From NCBI GenBank assembly GCA_020853755.1, contig JADYYG010000038.1, forward strand, positions 4,649 to 68,648: a stretch of DNA of 64,000 bases. The letters run 5' to 3'. Numbering within the stretch: position 1 is the stretch's first letter; each line of letters opens with the position of its first letter. The notes below the pieces were generated by a model, which ran no database searches, was not told the origin of the DNA, and saw only the letters and a list, made by a program, of their open reading frames with translations. Positions 27,943 to 37,979 of this stretch are shown here, piece after piece. Position numbers and translations under genes: made by a program. The stretch comes from Dehalococcoidia bacterium. GTDB taxonomy: Bacteria; Chloroflexota; Dehalococcoidia; Tepidiformales; Tepidiformaceae.

Positions 27943-28422
27943 GTGCATGCCGAAAACCTCCGTATGAGTCAGCCACGCCCCGGCGGCGATTACCGGCCTG
28001 CATATGAGGCCTTGCGGCGGGAGTACAACGACTTCCGCTACTTCCTGCCGGATGCGCTGATCGAGGTCGACCTCAGTTCGCTCCAGATCCTGTACGCGAA
28101 TCGGATGGCCGAGATCGTCATCGGGATCACTCCCGAGGACGTGGAGGCAGGACTCAACGGGACCGCCCTGGTCGACGGTCCGGACATGCCGCGGCTGCTC
28201 GAATTGATGCAGGGCTACGCCGGTGAAAGCCGGGCAAAGAACAGCCCCTACGAGCGCACCGGACGCCAGGCCATCCACACGGCCACGCTCCGGCGGCGCG
28301 ACGGTTCGACGTTCCTCGCCGAGACGCAGAGTTCGTTCGTCCTCGACTCTCGCGGCGTGCCCGTGCGCATGCTCACGATCATCCGCGACATCTCCTACCG
28401 GGAGAGCCAGGCCGACGGCTGA
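27943..28422 (+). CDS. stand-alone PAS-domain protein
   Basis: Single PAS-like fold (..LIEVDLSSLQILYANRMAEIVIG.. RRRDGSTFLAETQSSFVLD..). I chose the GTG at 27943 because GAGGAA lies 6 nt upstream. Starts at 27928 or 27964 are also possible. Confidence 0.65.
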   Translation: MHAENLRMSQPRPGGDYRPAYEALRREYNDFRYFLPDALIEVDLSSLQILYANRMAEIVIGITPEDVEAGLNGTALVDGPDMPRLLELMQGYAGESRAKNSPYERTGRQAIHTATLRRRDGSTFLAETQSSFVLDSRGVPVRMLTIIRDISYRESQADG

Positions 28423-28487
28423 GGCGCCCCGAAACAGGCTCCAACCTGTCCCTTGAAAGGCCCGGCCGGGCGGAGTACCGTGCCCGT

Positions 28488-28868
28488 ATGCCGATTCCAG
28501 TTGTAATGGGCGCCCAGATCATGTGTTCCTTTGGGACCGGACCCGGGTCGTTAATCGTGGTCCCACAGGGGCCGCCAGTGCTGATCGAAGGGAAGCCCGC
28601 CGCAACGGTGATGGACCACATCCCGTTCGTGAACATCGCGCCGTTCCCGACCTGCATCGCGCCGACGAACCCGGCCGGGATGGCGAAAGTGCCGCCAACG
28701 CCCGGCCCGTGCATCCCGGTGACCACGGCCCCCTGGGTTCCCCCGTCACCGACAACTCAGATCAACAAGAAGCCGGCACTCTGCATGGGCGCGACGCTGA
28801 TGTGTACCGCCTGGGCGGGCGTCATCACCATCGTGAACCCCGGCGCCACCAAGGAAATCGTCAACTAG
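28488..28868 (+). CDS. DUF4280 (PAAR-like spike-tip) domain protein
   Basis: 126 aa. The pattern VVMGAQIMCSFGTGPGSL..GKPAATVMDHIPFVNIAPFPTC..PGPCIPVTTAPWVP..KPALCMGATLMC..GVITI follows the DUF4280 Cys/Pro pattern closely. Confidence 0.8.
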   Translation: MPIPVVMGAQIMCSFGTGPGSLIVVPQGPPVLIEGKPAATVMDHIPFVNIAPFPTCIAPTNPAGMAKVPPTPGPCIPVTTAPWVPPSPTTQINKKPALCMGATLMCTAWAGVITIVNPGATKEIVN

Positions 28869-30208
28869 GACGCCCGGCTGCGCCCGAACGCCCGCCGCTC
28901 GGGCCGGAGGCCTTCGGCTGCGCGCAGGCAGAGGGCCAGGCTCGCCACGCAGTCATCGTGTTCGCCCTGCGGCGCGGCCCACCCGATCTGGAGATGGCCC
29001 GCGCGTTCGACCCGGCAGAGGCGCAGTTCGCGCCAGAGCCGGCCAATCCCGGCGCTCCCGGCCCGGGCAATGGCGAGGCGGCCCGTCGCCGCGGCGGCCT
29101 GCAAGGCGAACCCCAGCGCTGACTTCTCGGCACGGGTGAAGACGAGCGGCTCGACTACCCGCCCGAGTTCGCCACGGAGCTGCGCGGTGAGCGCCGCGCC
29201 GAGGCCGGTGGCATCGCAGACCAGCCGCTCGATTCGCCAGGCGCGGGCAAGCGCCGCCACCGCCGCAACCTGCGTTTCGAACGGCGTGCCGGTCCAGCAT
29301 TCGACGGCCACGACCTCCAGCCCGCCATCGGTTTGCCGGCCGATGGTGAGGACGGTCGAGTCGCCGCCGAGCCGTTCGCCCGCGAAATCGAGCCCGGCGC
29401 AGTAGCGTTCGCCCGGCAGTGGTTGTTCGAGCGCCGGGAAGCTGCCGGCGACGGCGCGGAGGGCCTCGGGTGAGAGCAGCGTTGCCTCGGACGCCGCGGC
29501 CACCAGGTCGTACTGGGACCGGAAGATCGGGTGATCCGCACCAAGGCGCTCGCGTTCGAGTTCGACGTAGCGGCCATAGGGCGGGTTGTACCGCGCGACC
29601 TCGGCCCAGCTGAACTGGTGGTGCCAGCTGCGGAGGCTGATTTCCGCCGGGCTCCCGGTCAGGCCCGCGTCGCGCCGGCGGTTGGCTTCGACGGCGTCTT
29701 CGAGAAGCGAGTTGCCGCTCCACGGCGTGCCGAACATCACCGTCGATGCTCCAGTTGATGCCGTCATCGGCCGGAACTGGCGGTTGAACCAGTCAGCATC
29801 GATGTCCTGCGCTTCGTCGGCGATGAGGGCGAGCGAGGCGGTGTGCCCGGCGACGTTCGCGGTTGGCGCGGCGCTGAGGAAGACGGCGTGCGCGCGGCCG
29901 CAATGGATGGCCTGGCCCTCGCGCCGCGGGCGGATTGGGAAGAGGTCATCCCAGCGGCGCATCTGGGCGAGCGTGCGCTGGAGGCTTAGGCCCGCCTGGG
30001 GCCGGAAGCTCGGCGCGCAGACCACGATGCTGCCGCCTTCGGCGGCGTTCGCCAGTAACAGCCCGGCCACCAGCCACGCCGAGATCTCATTCTTGCCTGC
30101 CTGCCGCGGGAACATCACGGTCAGCGTCTGGCCGCGGGCCGCGACGAGGTTGTAGTGGAGGCTGCGAAGCGTAGCCGCCTGGTAGGCGCGAAGACCGGGG
30201 ATTGCCAT
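28865..30208 (-). CDS. phage terminase large-subunit-like protein
   Basis: 447 aa with the N-terminal LRAYQ...FPRQAGKNE (Walker A-like, GKN instead of GKS/T) and LALIADEAQDI (Walker B). The C-terminal RNaseH-like nuclease acidic residues are present (GLDFAGE, VCDATGLG, GEHDDCV). Codon usage looks host-like. Confidence 0.75.
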   Translation of the reverse strand: MAIPGLRAYQAATLRSLHYNLVAARGQTLTVMFPRQAGKNEISAWLVAGLLLANAAEGGSIVVCAPSFRPQAGLSLQRTLAQMRRWDDLFPIRPRREGQAIHCGRAHAVFLSAAPTANVAGHTASLALIADEAQDIDADWFNRQFRPMTASTGASTVMFGTPWSGNSLLEDAVEANRRRDAGLTGSPAEISLRSWHHQFSWAEVARYNPPYGRYVELERERLGADHPIFRSQYDLVAAASEATLLSPEALRAVAGSFPALEQPLPGERYCAGLDFAGERLGGDSTVLTIGRQTDGGLEVVAVECWTGTPFETQVAAVAALARAWRIERLVCDATGLGAALTAQLRGELGRVVEPLVFTRAEKSALGFALQAAAATGRLAIARAGSAGIGRLWRELRLCRVERAGHLQIGWAAPQGEHDDCVASLALCLRAAEGLRPERRAFGRSRAS

Positions 30209-30260
30209 GCCTTGGAGGGTGGCTTGCCTGCGCGTTTGGTCGAACGCCCTGCTGGCGCGC

Positions 30261-30782
30261 TTAGTTCGCGGCCGGGTTTGGCGTTTCGGTAGCCGTTGGT
30301 TCGGTCGTCGGGGCGGGAGTCTCGCTGCCCGGCGTTGCCGTTTCGGTGGCCTCGGGCGTTGGCGTGCCCTCCGGTGTTTCCGTCGCTTCCGGCGTCTCGT
30401 CGGTGTCCGAGGCGACGTTCACGATCTTGAGCGGAGGAGGCGTCGGATCGGCGGCGGCGGCGCTCACACCCGCATCATCACCCGAGAGGCCGAAGATGCG
30501 CAGCGGCGTCAGCGTGGGCGAGGGTTCTGGTTCAGGTTCGGCGACGAGCGCGGGGGCGGCGGGTTCTTTGTGGACAACCGGCTCGATGTACGACGTCAAC
30601 AGGGTGTCGAGTGCGGGGACGGTGAACGGCGTTCCGGTGTCGATAACGCGGGCCTGTTGGGTGGCCGGCGGCGGGCCTTCGAATGGCCCCCATTGCGCCC
30701 GCTCGGCGGAACTGAGCGCGAGGCCAGACACGCCGATCGCGAAAAGCACCATGGCCAGCAGGAGGGGCGCTTTCCCTGCCAT
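30261..30782 (-). CDS. membrane-anchored protein with acidic T/P/E-rich tail (hypothetical)
   Basis: 173 aa. It begins MAGKAPLLLAMVLFAIGVSGLAL (TM anchor), with GGGAAAGAGGGGG upstream. The C-terminus is low-complexity TPEATETP repeats. Confidence 0.6.
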   Translation of the reverse strand: MAGKAPLLLAMVLFAIGVSGLALSSAERAQWGPFEGPPPATQQARVIDTGTPFTVPALDTLLTSYIEPVVHKEPAAPALVAEPEPEPSPTLTPLRIFGLSGDDAGVSAAAADPTPPPLKIVNVASDTDETPEATETPEGTPTPEATETATPGSETPAPTTEPTATETPNPAAN

Positions 30783-30964
30783 AACGCCGATCTTGCCCCC
30801 TCTTTCCCGTCAGCGCCACCTTGAGGATGGCGCTGTCACCTGTTCGCTCCATCCTGACACCCGAATTGGCCCTGCGCGACCCGCCACCCGTAAGGGTTCT
30901 CCCCCATTCCCGCCGGGCAACCCCCGCTGTTTCGGCGAAGGGCTGCCCGGCAGCGAACCGGGCC

Positions 30965-32575
30965 TTAGCGGGCGAGGAACTCCTTGCTTGCCCAGCCCGT
31001 CTCACCGGAAGGCGCCTGCACCTTGTGGAAGGTGACGCCCCCCGCGGCCTGCTCGTCCGAGAGGTCACGCAGGAGCACGGTATCCGCGTAGCAGCCGAGC
31101 ACCTTCGCGCTCGTTGAAGGGGTCTCGCGGACGTTCAGGCAGTCACCGGCGCCGGTCACCCGGAGGAACGGACCGGGTTCGACCAGCTCGATGCGGTTGC
31201 GCTGGAAGTCGTACGCGCTGCTGCCCACCGGCCCGAAGAGTTCGAGCACATTCACGGTCCCCGTGTGGAGGTCCAGCATCGCCGGGTAGAGCGGCGCGCC
31301 GCCGTCGGGGGCCACGTTGCCGAAGGCCACCGCCTGCGTCAGGACGCTGCCGATAGAGAGGCTGGCCGGGCCCTTGAACGCCCGCGTGAGCTTGCCGCCC
31401 TGCATCAGCCCCAGGTAGGCATCCGGCCCGTTCCCGGTGTACCAGCCGATGAGCATATCGCCGCCGGGCGACACGTCGACGATCCATGCGCGCTGGGCTC
31501 CGAGGTCCGGCAGGACGACGAGGGTCGAACCGTCGAGCGCCTGGATGGTGCGATTGTCGGCCATCCGCCAGCCGACGAGGCGGTTCTCCGCGAATTCGGG
31601 TTGCGCGCCCGCTGGCGGGGTGAGCACCTGGTTCGAACCGAGCAGCTGGAAGCGCCACTGCACCTGACCGTCGCTGGAGGTGGATCGGTTGACGAGCACG
31701 CCCTGGGCGGTCGTCGCCGCGACGGTGGCCGCGCCGTCGAAGGTCCCGAGCGCCTGCCAGCTGACGCCGCCGTCCGTCGAGCGGTAGATAGTGGTCTGCG
31801 CATCGGCGCTGATCTGGCCGACGTCGCCGCAGTAGCCGCGGGTGCACATGCTCAGGTAGTCCGCGCCGTCGCGCGTCCAGTAATCGCCGATGATGTCGCC
31901 GGGCGGCTTCGGCAGCGCCTCGATCTTGAGCTTGCCGTTTGCATCGAGGGTGACGCGTTCGAAACCGGTCGTCGGGCCGTCGCACTGGTAGCAGCCCTTC
32001 GCCACGATGACCGAGAGCGGCACCGGCAGTGAGCCGGGCGCGCCGAACGTCATTGCGGAAACCGGGACACCGGCCACCACTTCGCCGGTGGGATTGGCGA
32101 TGATGGGCGAAGGCGCCGGCGTGACGCTGGCGGGAACGCTGGGCGAGGCGGTGGCGGGCGCGGGCACGGTCGCGGTGGATTCGATGCCGCCACCGGCATG
32201 CTCTTCGCCTTCGCTGCCGGTTTCGTAGAGGGCGAAGATCGCCATCGCCGCGATGATGGCAACCCCGGCGGCCAGGGCAGTAACCCCGGCCCACTTGAAG
32301 ACGCCCGAGGTGGCGAAGCCGGCAACGCGTGTGATTCGCATCCGCCAGCCGTTTTCGTGGCGCCAGTATTCGGCCGCCTCATCGCGCGATTGGACGCCGA
32401 GGCGGGTGATGATTTCGCTGACGTGCCACTTGGCGCCGTCGAGGCTGATGCCGAGTTCCTCGGCGATTTCGCGGTTCGTGCGGCCGCGTGCGAGCAGGGT
32501 GAGAACCTCCCGCTGGCGCGGTGTCCAGCTCGTCACACGGGACGTTTCGATGGGAGAGGGCGTTGTCACAGTCAT
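30965..32575 (-). CDS. membrane-tethered LuxR-family HTH regulator with extracytoplasmic Asp-box domain and C-terminal SH3b-like domain
   Basis: ATG at 32575. The N-terminal LuxR HTH is TPRQREVLTLLARGRTNREIAEELGISLDGAKWHVSEI. One TM helix follows (WAGVTALAAGVAIIAAMAIFAL). The ectodomain carries STDGGVSW (Asp-box). The C-terminal ~60 aa look SH3b-like. Confidence 0.75.
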   Translation of the reverse strand: MTVTTPSPIETSRVTSWTPRQREVLTLLARGRTNREIAEELGISLDGAKWHVSEIITRLGVQSRDEAAEYWRHENGWRMRITRVAGFATSGVFKWAGVTALAAGVAIIAAMAIFALYETGSEGEEHAGGGIESTATVPAPATASPSVPASVTPAPSPIIANPTGEVVAGVPVSAMTFGAPGSLPVPLSVIVAKGCYQCDGPTTGFERVTLDANGKLKIEALPKPPGDIIGDYWTRDGADYLSMCTRGYCGDVGQISADAQTTIYRSTDGGVSWQALGTFDGAATVAATTAQGVLVNRSTSSDGQVQWRFQLLGSNQVLTPPAGAQPEFAENRLVGWRMADNRTIQALDGSTLVVLPDLGAQRAWIVDVSPGGDMLIGWYTGNGPDAYLGLMQGGKLTRAFKGPASLSIGSVLTQAVAFGNVAPDGGAPLYPAMLDLHTGTVNVLELFGPVGSSAYDFQRNRIELVEPGPFLRVTGAGDCLNVRETPSTSAKVLGCYADTVLLRDLSDEQAAGGVTFHKVQAPSGETGWASKEFLAR

Positions 32576-32662
32576 GACTCTACCGTAGGAGGGAACCGGT
32601 CGCGGCTCCCTACCCGATGGTAAAGATTGCAATGAGCGATGTGACGCAGTTCACACGATCCG

Positions 32663-33241
32663 TCAGCTCGTCATCCCCTGCAGGCCCACGAGCGCGCGGC
32701 CGTGCTCGATTTCGCCCATGTGGCGAAGGCCGTGCTGGTAGACGAAGCACTCCAGCACTTCGAGCCGGCGCAGCGGCGCGCCCGGCCCGATGACGATCGC
32801 GCAGAAGATGTTCTGCATGTTCGGCGGCAACTGGGGCATGAGCACTTCGGCCAGGCGCTCGGCGGTGATGGTTTCGAGGGCGCCTTTCGTCCGGGCGATG
32901 ACCGCCGACTGGTATGCCCGCCACGCGTCGAGGTCGCCGAAGCGGAGGTGTTGCATCTCCTCCACGGTCTCCTCGCGGCCGAGGACATCGACGGTCACGC
33001 CTACCTTGTCGCGCCAGCCGCCGGTCTCCCAGAGCGGGTTTTCGGCGAGGAAGACGCGGCTGACGGACTGGTCCTGGGCCTTGATGTAGTGGCTGAAGCT
33101 GAACGCCATGGGCAGCACGCCGTCGCGCTCGTGGTGGTTCACCTGCTCGAGCGAAAGGTCGCTCACGGCGCGCTCCCAGAGCACGTTCATGGCGTTGATG
33201 CGGTTGCGCAGGCTTGTAACGAACATCGCTTCGTGGCTCAT
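32663..33241 (-). CDS. DinB-family (DinB_2-like four-helix metal-binding) protein
   Basis: 192 aa with spaced His residues (HHERD ... HYIKAQD ... HMGEIEHGR), as in DinB-superfamily proteins. Confidence 0.6.
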   Translation of the reverse strand: MSHEAMFVTSLRNRINAMNVLWERAVSDLSLEQVNHHERDGVLPMAFSFSHYIKAQDQSVSRVFLAENPLWETGGWRDKVGVTVDVLGREETVEEMQHLRFGDLDAWRAYQSAVIARTKGALETITAERLAEVLMPQLPPNMQNIFCAIVIGPGAPLRRLEVLECFVYQHGLRHMGEIEHGRALVGLQGMTS

Positions 33242-34143
33242 GGTTGGTTCCTCTTCTCGACGCTGATGCGCTGGGTGTCGCGCGCGATCTGGATGGGGCC
33301 GGGGAAGATGTCGCTCATCCCGGCGGCGAACTGCTCCTCCATCGCCGGGTCGTTCGGCAGGTTCGGCAGCAGGTGGCTGAGGACGAGGCGGCCGACCCCG
33401 GCGTCGCGCGCGAGGCGGGCAACCTCCGGCGTGTGGATGTGGTAGCTCGGCACGTCATCGAAGAGCGCCGCCGCGAGCGGGCGGATAGCCCTCACCCGCT
33501 CGGTGAACTGGGCGAACATCGCCGGGTTCAGGGCGTCGCTCACCAGCAGGTCCGCGCCCTGGGCGGCGGCGAGCAGCGAATCGCACATGCTCGTATCGCC
33601 CGAAAGCACCGCGCTGCGGCCGTCGAAGCGGAACCGGTAGCCCAGCGCAGGGACCACCGGGAAGTGGTCGACCTCGAAGCTTTCGAGTGACAGCCCGCTG
33701 GCCGCGGTGGCGAACGATGCGGCATCGGGCGTGGCCGGGATCTCGGTGACCTCGACGCGGATGCCGTCCGGGTGCAGCTTGCCCGGGTGGTGGGCCAGGC
33801 GGAAGCGGATGTCGTCTTCGAGGGCGAGGAGGAAGCCGTCCATCATCTTTTTCGTGCCGGTTGGGCCGAACACCTGGAGCGGCTTCGTCGCGCCCGAAGT
33901 CCAGCGCAGGTTGAGGAAATCCGGCACATCGGTGATGTGGTCGGTGTGCATGTGAGTGAAGACGGCGGTACCGATGGTGGCCGGGACGATGCCGGTTGGC
34001 ATCAGGCGGCGGGCCGAACCGTACCCGCAGTCCACCAGGACATGCGATTCTCCCGCGACGACGACGTGGCCGCAGCCACACCGGTCGGGGCTGGGGATCG
34101 GGCTCCCGGTCCCCAGGAAGACGATATCGAAGACAGGCGGCAA
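33238..34143 (-). CDS. MBL-fold metallo-hydrolase (RNase Z / arylsulfatase-like)
   Basis: 301 aa with the HMHTDH motif. It shares a 4-nt overlap with the downstream DinB-like gene. TTG start. Confidence 0.8.
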   Translation of the reverse strand: MPPVFDIVFLGTGSPIPSPDRCGCGHVVVAGESHVLVDCGYGSARRLMPTGIVPATIGTAVFTHMHTDHITDVPDFLNLRWTSGATKPLQVFGPTGTKKMMDGFLLALEDDIRFRLAHHPGKLHPDGIRVEVTEIPATPDAASFATAASGLSLESFEVDHFPVVPALGYRFRFDGRSAVLSGDTSMCDSLLAAAQGADLLVSDALNPAMFAQFTERVRAIRPLAAALFDDVPSYHIHTPEVARLARDAGVGRLVLSHLLPNLPNDPAMEEQFAAGMSDIFPGPIQIARDTQRISVEKRNQP

Positions 34144-34197
34144 AGGTTCCCCCGAGGCCGCCGGGCAGGCGGCGGGGGCGATTCTACACGAGGGAGC

Positions 34198-34275
34198 GGG
34201 TGAGAATCGAACCGGGTTCGGGTTTTCAAGCCCGGTCCATCCGTCGAAAGGATTGACGGATCCGCGTTCTCGCCC
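34198..34275 (+). other. candidate structured RNA / tRNA-like fragment (three-way junction)
   Basis: P1 is GGGTGAGAA (34198..34206) pairing with TTCTCGCCC (34267..34275). That is 9 bp with one U-G on the + strand, which would be a C-A mismatch on the - strand. P2 is ACCGGG (34211..16) with CCCGGT (34231..36). P3 is ATCCGTC (34239..45) with GACGGAT (34255..61). The - strand reads GGTTCGATTC, a tRNA T-loop-like string, but no cloverleaf can be built. Confidence 0.3.
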
Positions 34276-34337
34276 GAGGCGCTTTGTGGCAAGATGGTGC
34301 CTGGAGGGCCGTTCGGCCCACTTTGGAGAAGCAGCGA

Positions 34338-34604
34338 ATGGCGTCAGTGAACTACGAAATTGGCAGCCCCGCAGCCGTGGCGAAAGAACTTCATGAGTTC
34401 CGAAAGTCCGCTGTGCTGTTTTCCGGTGGCCGGTCCCTGCTCGGTGACTATGACGGGCAATGGGTCGCGGCGATCGGCGGGGAAGTCTGCGCTACGGCCG
34501 AGTCGTTCGATGGCATCTTCGAGGAACTCGAACATCGCGGTCTCGATGCCCGCTACGCGATCATCCGCCACATCCAGCGTAACCAGCGAACTCTGATCCT
34601 GTAG
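34338..34604 (+). CDS. DUF5678-like small protein
   Basis: ATG at 34338 after GGAGAAG gives 88 aa. The segment LLGDYDGQWVAAIGGEVCATAESFDGIFEEL resembles the DUF5678 pattern. It is directly abutted by the protease gene. Confidence 0.65.
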   Translation: MASVNYEIGSPAAVAKELHEFRKSAVLFSGGRSLLGDYDGQWVAAIGGEVCATAESFDGIFEELEHRGLDARYAIIRHIQRNQRTLIL

Positions 34605-35099
34605 GTGATCCACGGCAGGTTTGGCGACACGACAGGACGGCCGTACGTCGAAGGGCGATTCGTCTTTCCGCATCAGCCCGGCAATGTCTGGGCATGGTGT
34701 TCGTTCATCATTGATACAGGAGCGGAGCGGAGCGTCCTGCTCCCGGTGGATGCGAGGAGAATGGGCCTGGATCGCACCAGGCTGCAGCACCGCGCCAACT
34801 CTCTCGGCATCGGCGGCAACGCCCCCGGCTATAACGAGTTCGCCATCGTCATCCTCGGAGATGACGAGTTGGGCCGCCTCTTCGAGTTCCGGCTCGAGGC
34901 TGGCGCGTTCATCCCGGACGACAGTCCCGAGATGCGAGAGATCGACGCAAGCGTCCTGGGCCGCGATGTGCTCGACCGGACCCGATTGGTGTACGACAAG
35001 CCGAACGGCGTTGTGACCCTTGAGGTGCTCTCCTTCGACCGCGAATGGCAGGTGCCGCCTGGCCCGTTGCCAGACCAGCCCGGCAATATCGCCCGCTAA
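34605..35099 (+). CDS. retropepsin-like (clan AA) aspartic protease
   Basis: 164 aa. The GTG comes immediately after the previous stop (TAGGTG). It has the active-site IIDTGAERS and the later SVLGRDVL motif typical of bacterial/archaeal retropepsin-like proteins. Confidence 0.75.
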   Translation: MIHGRFGDTTGRPYVEGRFVFPHQPGNVWAWCSFIIDTGAERSVLLPVDARRMGLDRTRLQHRANSLGIGGNAPGYNEFAIVILGDDELGRLFEFRLEAGAFIPDDSPEMREIDASVLGRDVLDRTRLVYDKPNGVVTLEVLSFDREWQVPPGPLPDQPGNIAR

Positions 35100-35193
35100 G
35101 GAACGCTGGCCAGATCACCTATCAACTGACCTCCCCCTCCACAACCTTCCCCCACAGGTCTAAGGTGGAAGGAGAACGCGAAGGAGGCATTCG

Positions 35194-37254
<2,061 letters not shown>

Positions 37255-37261
37255 TGCACTG

Positions 37262-37292
37262 ACTATATCGGCAGCGGTGCGGCGATTGTCAA
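37262..37292 (-). promoter_or_regulatory. promoter-like element TTGACA-N17/19-(GA)TATAGT for the leu leader
   Basis: On the minus strand TTGACA is 37292..37287 and TATAGT is 37267..37262. The ATG of the leader peptide lies only about 8 nt downstream, so the leader may be near-leaderless. Confidence 0.5.
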
Positions 37293-37332
37293 GCATTGCG
37301 GGGCTCGAAACGTCCAGGCTGGGAGACATTCG

Positions 37333-37902
37333 TCATTGCGCCGCTTCGGCGAGGCCGGCCTGCCAGCCCGGCGCGCGGCAACCCGGCGGCAGCGAGAGTT
37401 CCTCCGGGTGCAGCCCGGCCCTCGCGAGGATCCACGCCAGCGCCGAATCGGAGGTCCACATCTCCGGGTGGCCCGGGCGGCGGCGGCCCCAGGTGTAGGC
37501 TGGGACCGAACGGCTGGCGGCGACAATTGCCTCGACGGTTTCGGCGTCACCGGCAAGGCGGACTGGCGGCGCCACCGCCCACTGCTGGTCCGGCAGCGCG
37601 GCGTTCGGCAACAGGCAGACCTGGTAGCGAAACAGCCGCAGCCTGCCCGCGGCGGCGATGCCAACAGGCCCGGTCACTTCGTCGCGGGTGTTCGGCCCAG
37701 GCGGCGACGGCATCAGTTCGAGGGTGAAGGATTCGCCGTGCAACCGGCAGACCAGCCCGCCGTGTACGAGACGCTGACGCGGGCGGCGCGCAATCGTGGC
37801 GGCGCACCATTCGTACGCGAGGAGCGAAGCCCGCTGGAAGTGCGTCCCCGCGCCGACCGGGATCCACCAGAGGTCGACGCTGGAATCACCGGGAGGTTCC
37901 AC
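37333..37902 (-). CDS. conserved hypothetical protein
   Basis: 189 aa. The N-terminal VDLWWIPVGAGTHF motif recalls an uncharacterised family common in high-GC Gram-positives. No function assigned. Confidence 0.65.
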   Translation of the reverse strand: MEPPGDSSVDLWWIPVGAGTHFQRASLLAYEWCAATIARRPRQRLVHGGLVCRLHGESFTLELMPSPPGPNTRDEVTGPVGIAAAGRLRLFRYQVCLLPNAALPDQQWAVAPPVRLAGDAETVEAIVAASRSVPAYTWGRRRPGHPEMWTSDSALAWILARAGLHPEELSLPPGCRAPGWQAGLAEAAQ

Positions 37903-37979
37903 GCCGGGAATGGTGCGCGCTGGATTCGCGCGTCGTCACGGTCCGAAGGGCCATCCTGCTGGTCCAGCCAGCCGGGGCG

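Noticed and set aside
28488-28868. DUF4280 plus hub-like protein as a type VI secretion or extracellular contractile injection system
   Set aside because: No sheath, tube, baseplate wedge, ClpV/AAA or membrane-complex genes are in the window. The two candidate components are also 30 kb apart.
34191-34285. A tRNA (Ser/Sec-like) or tmRNA gene on the minus strand
   Set aside because: The T-loop-like GGTTCGATTC is not flanked by a pairing T-stem. No 5' acceptor strand complements CCGCTCC. The putative anticodon hairpin has a 4-bp stem and an 8-nt loop. I report it only as a tRNA-like fragment or structured element.
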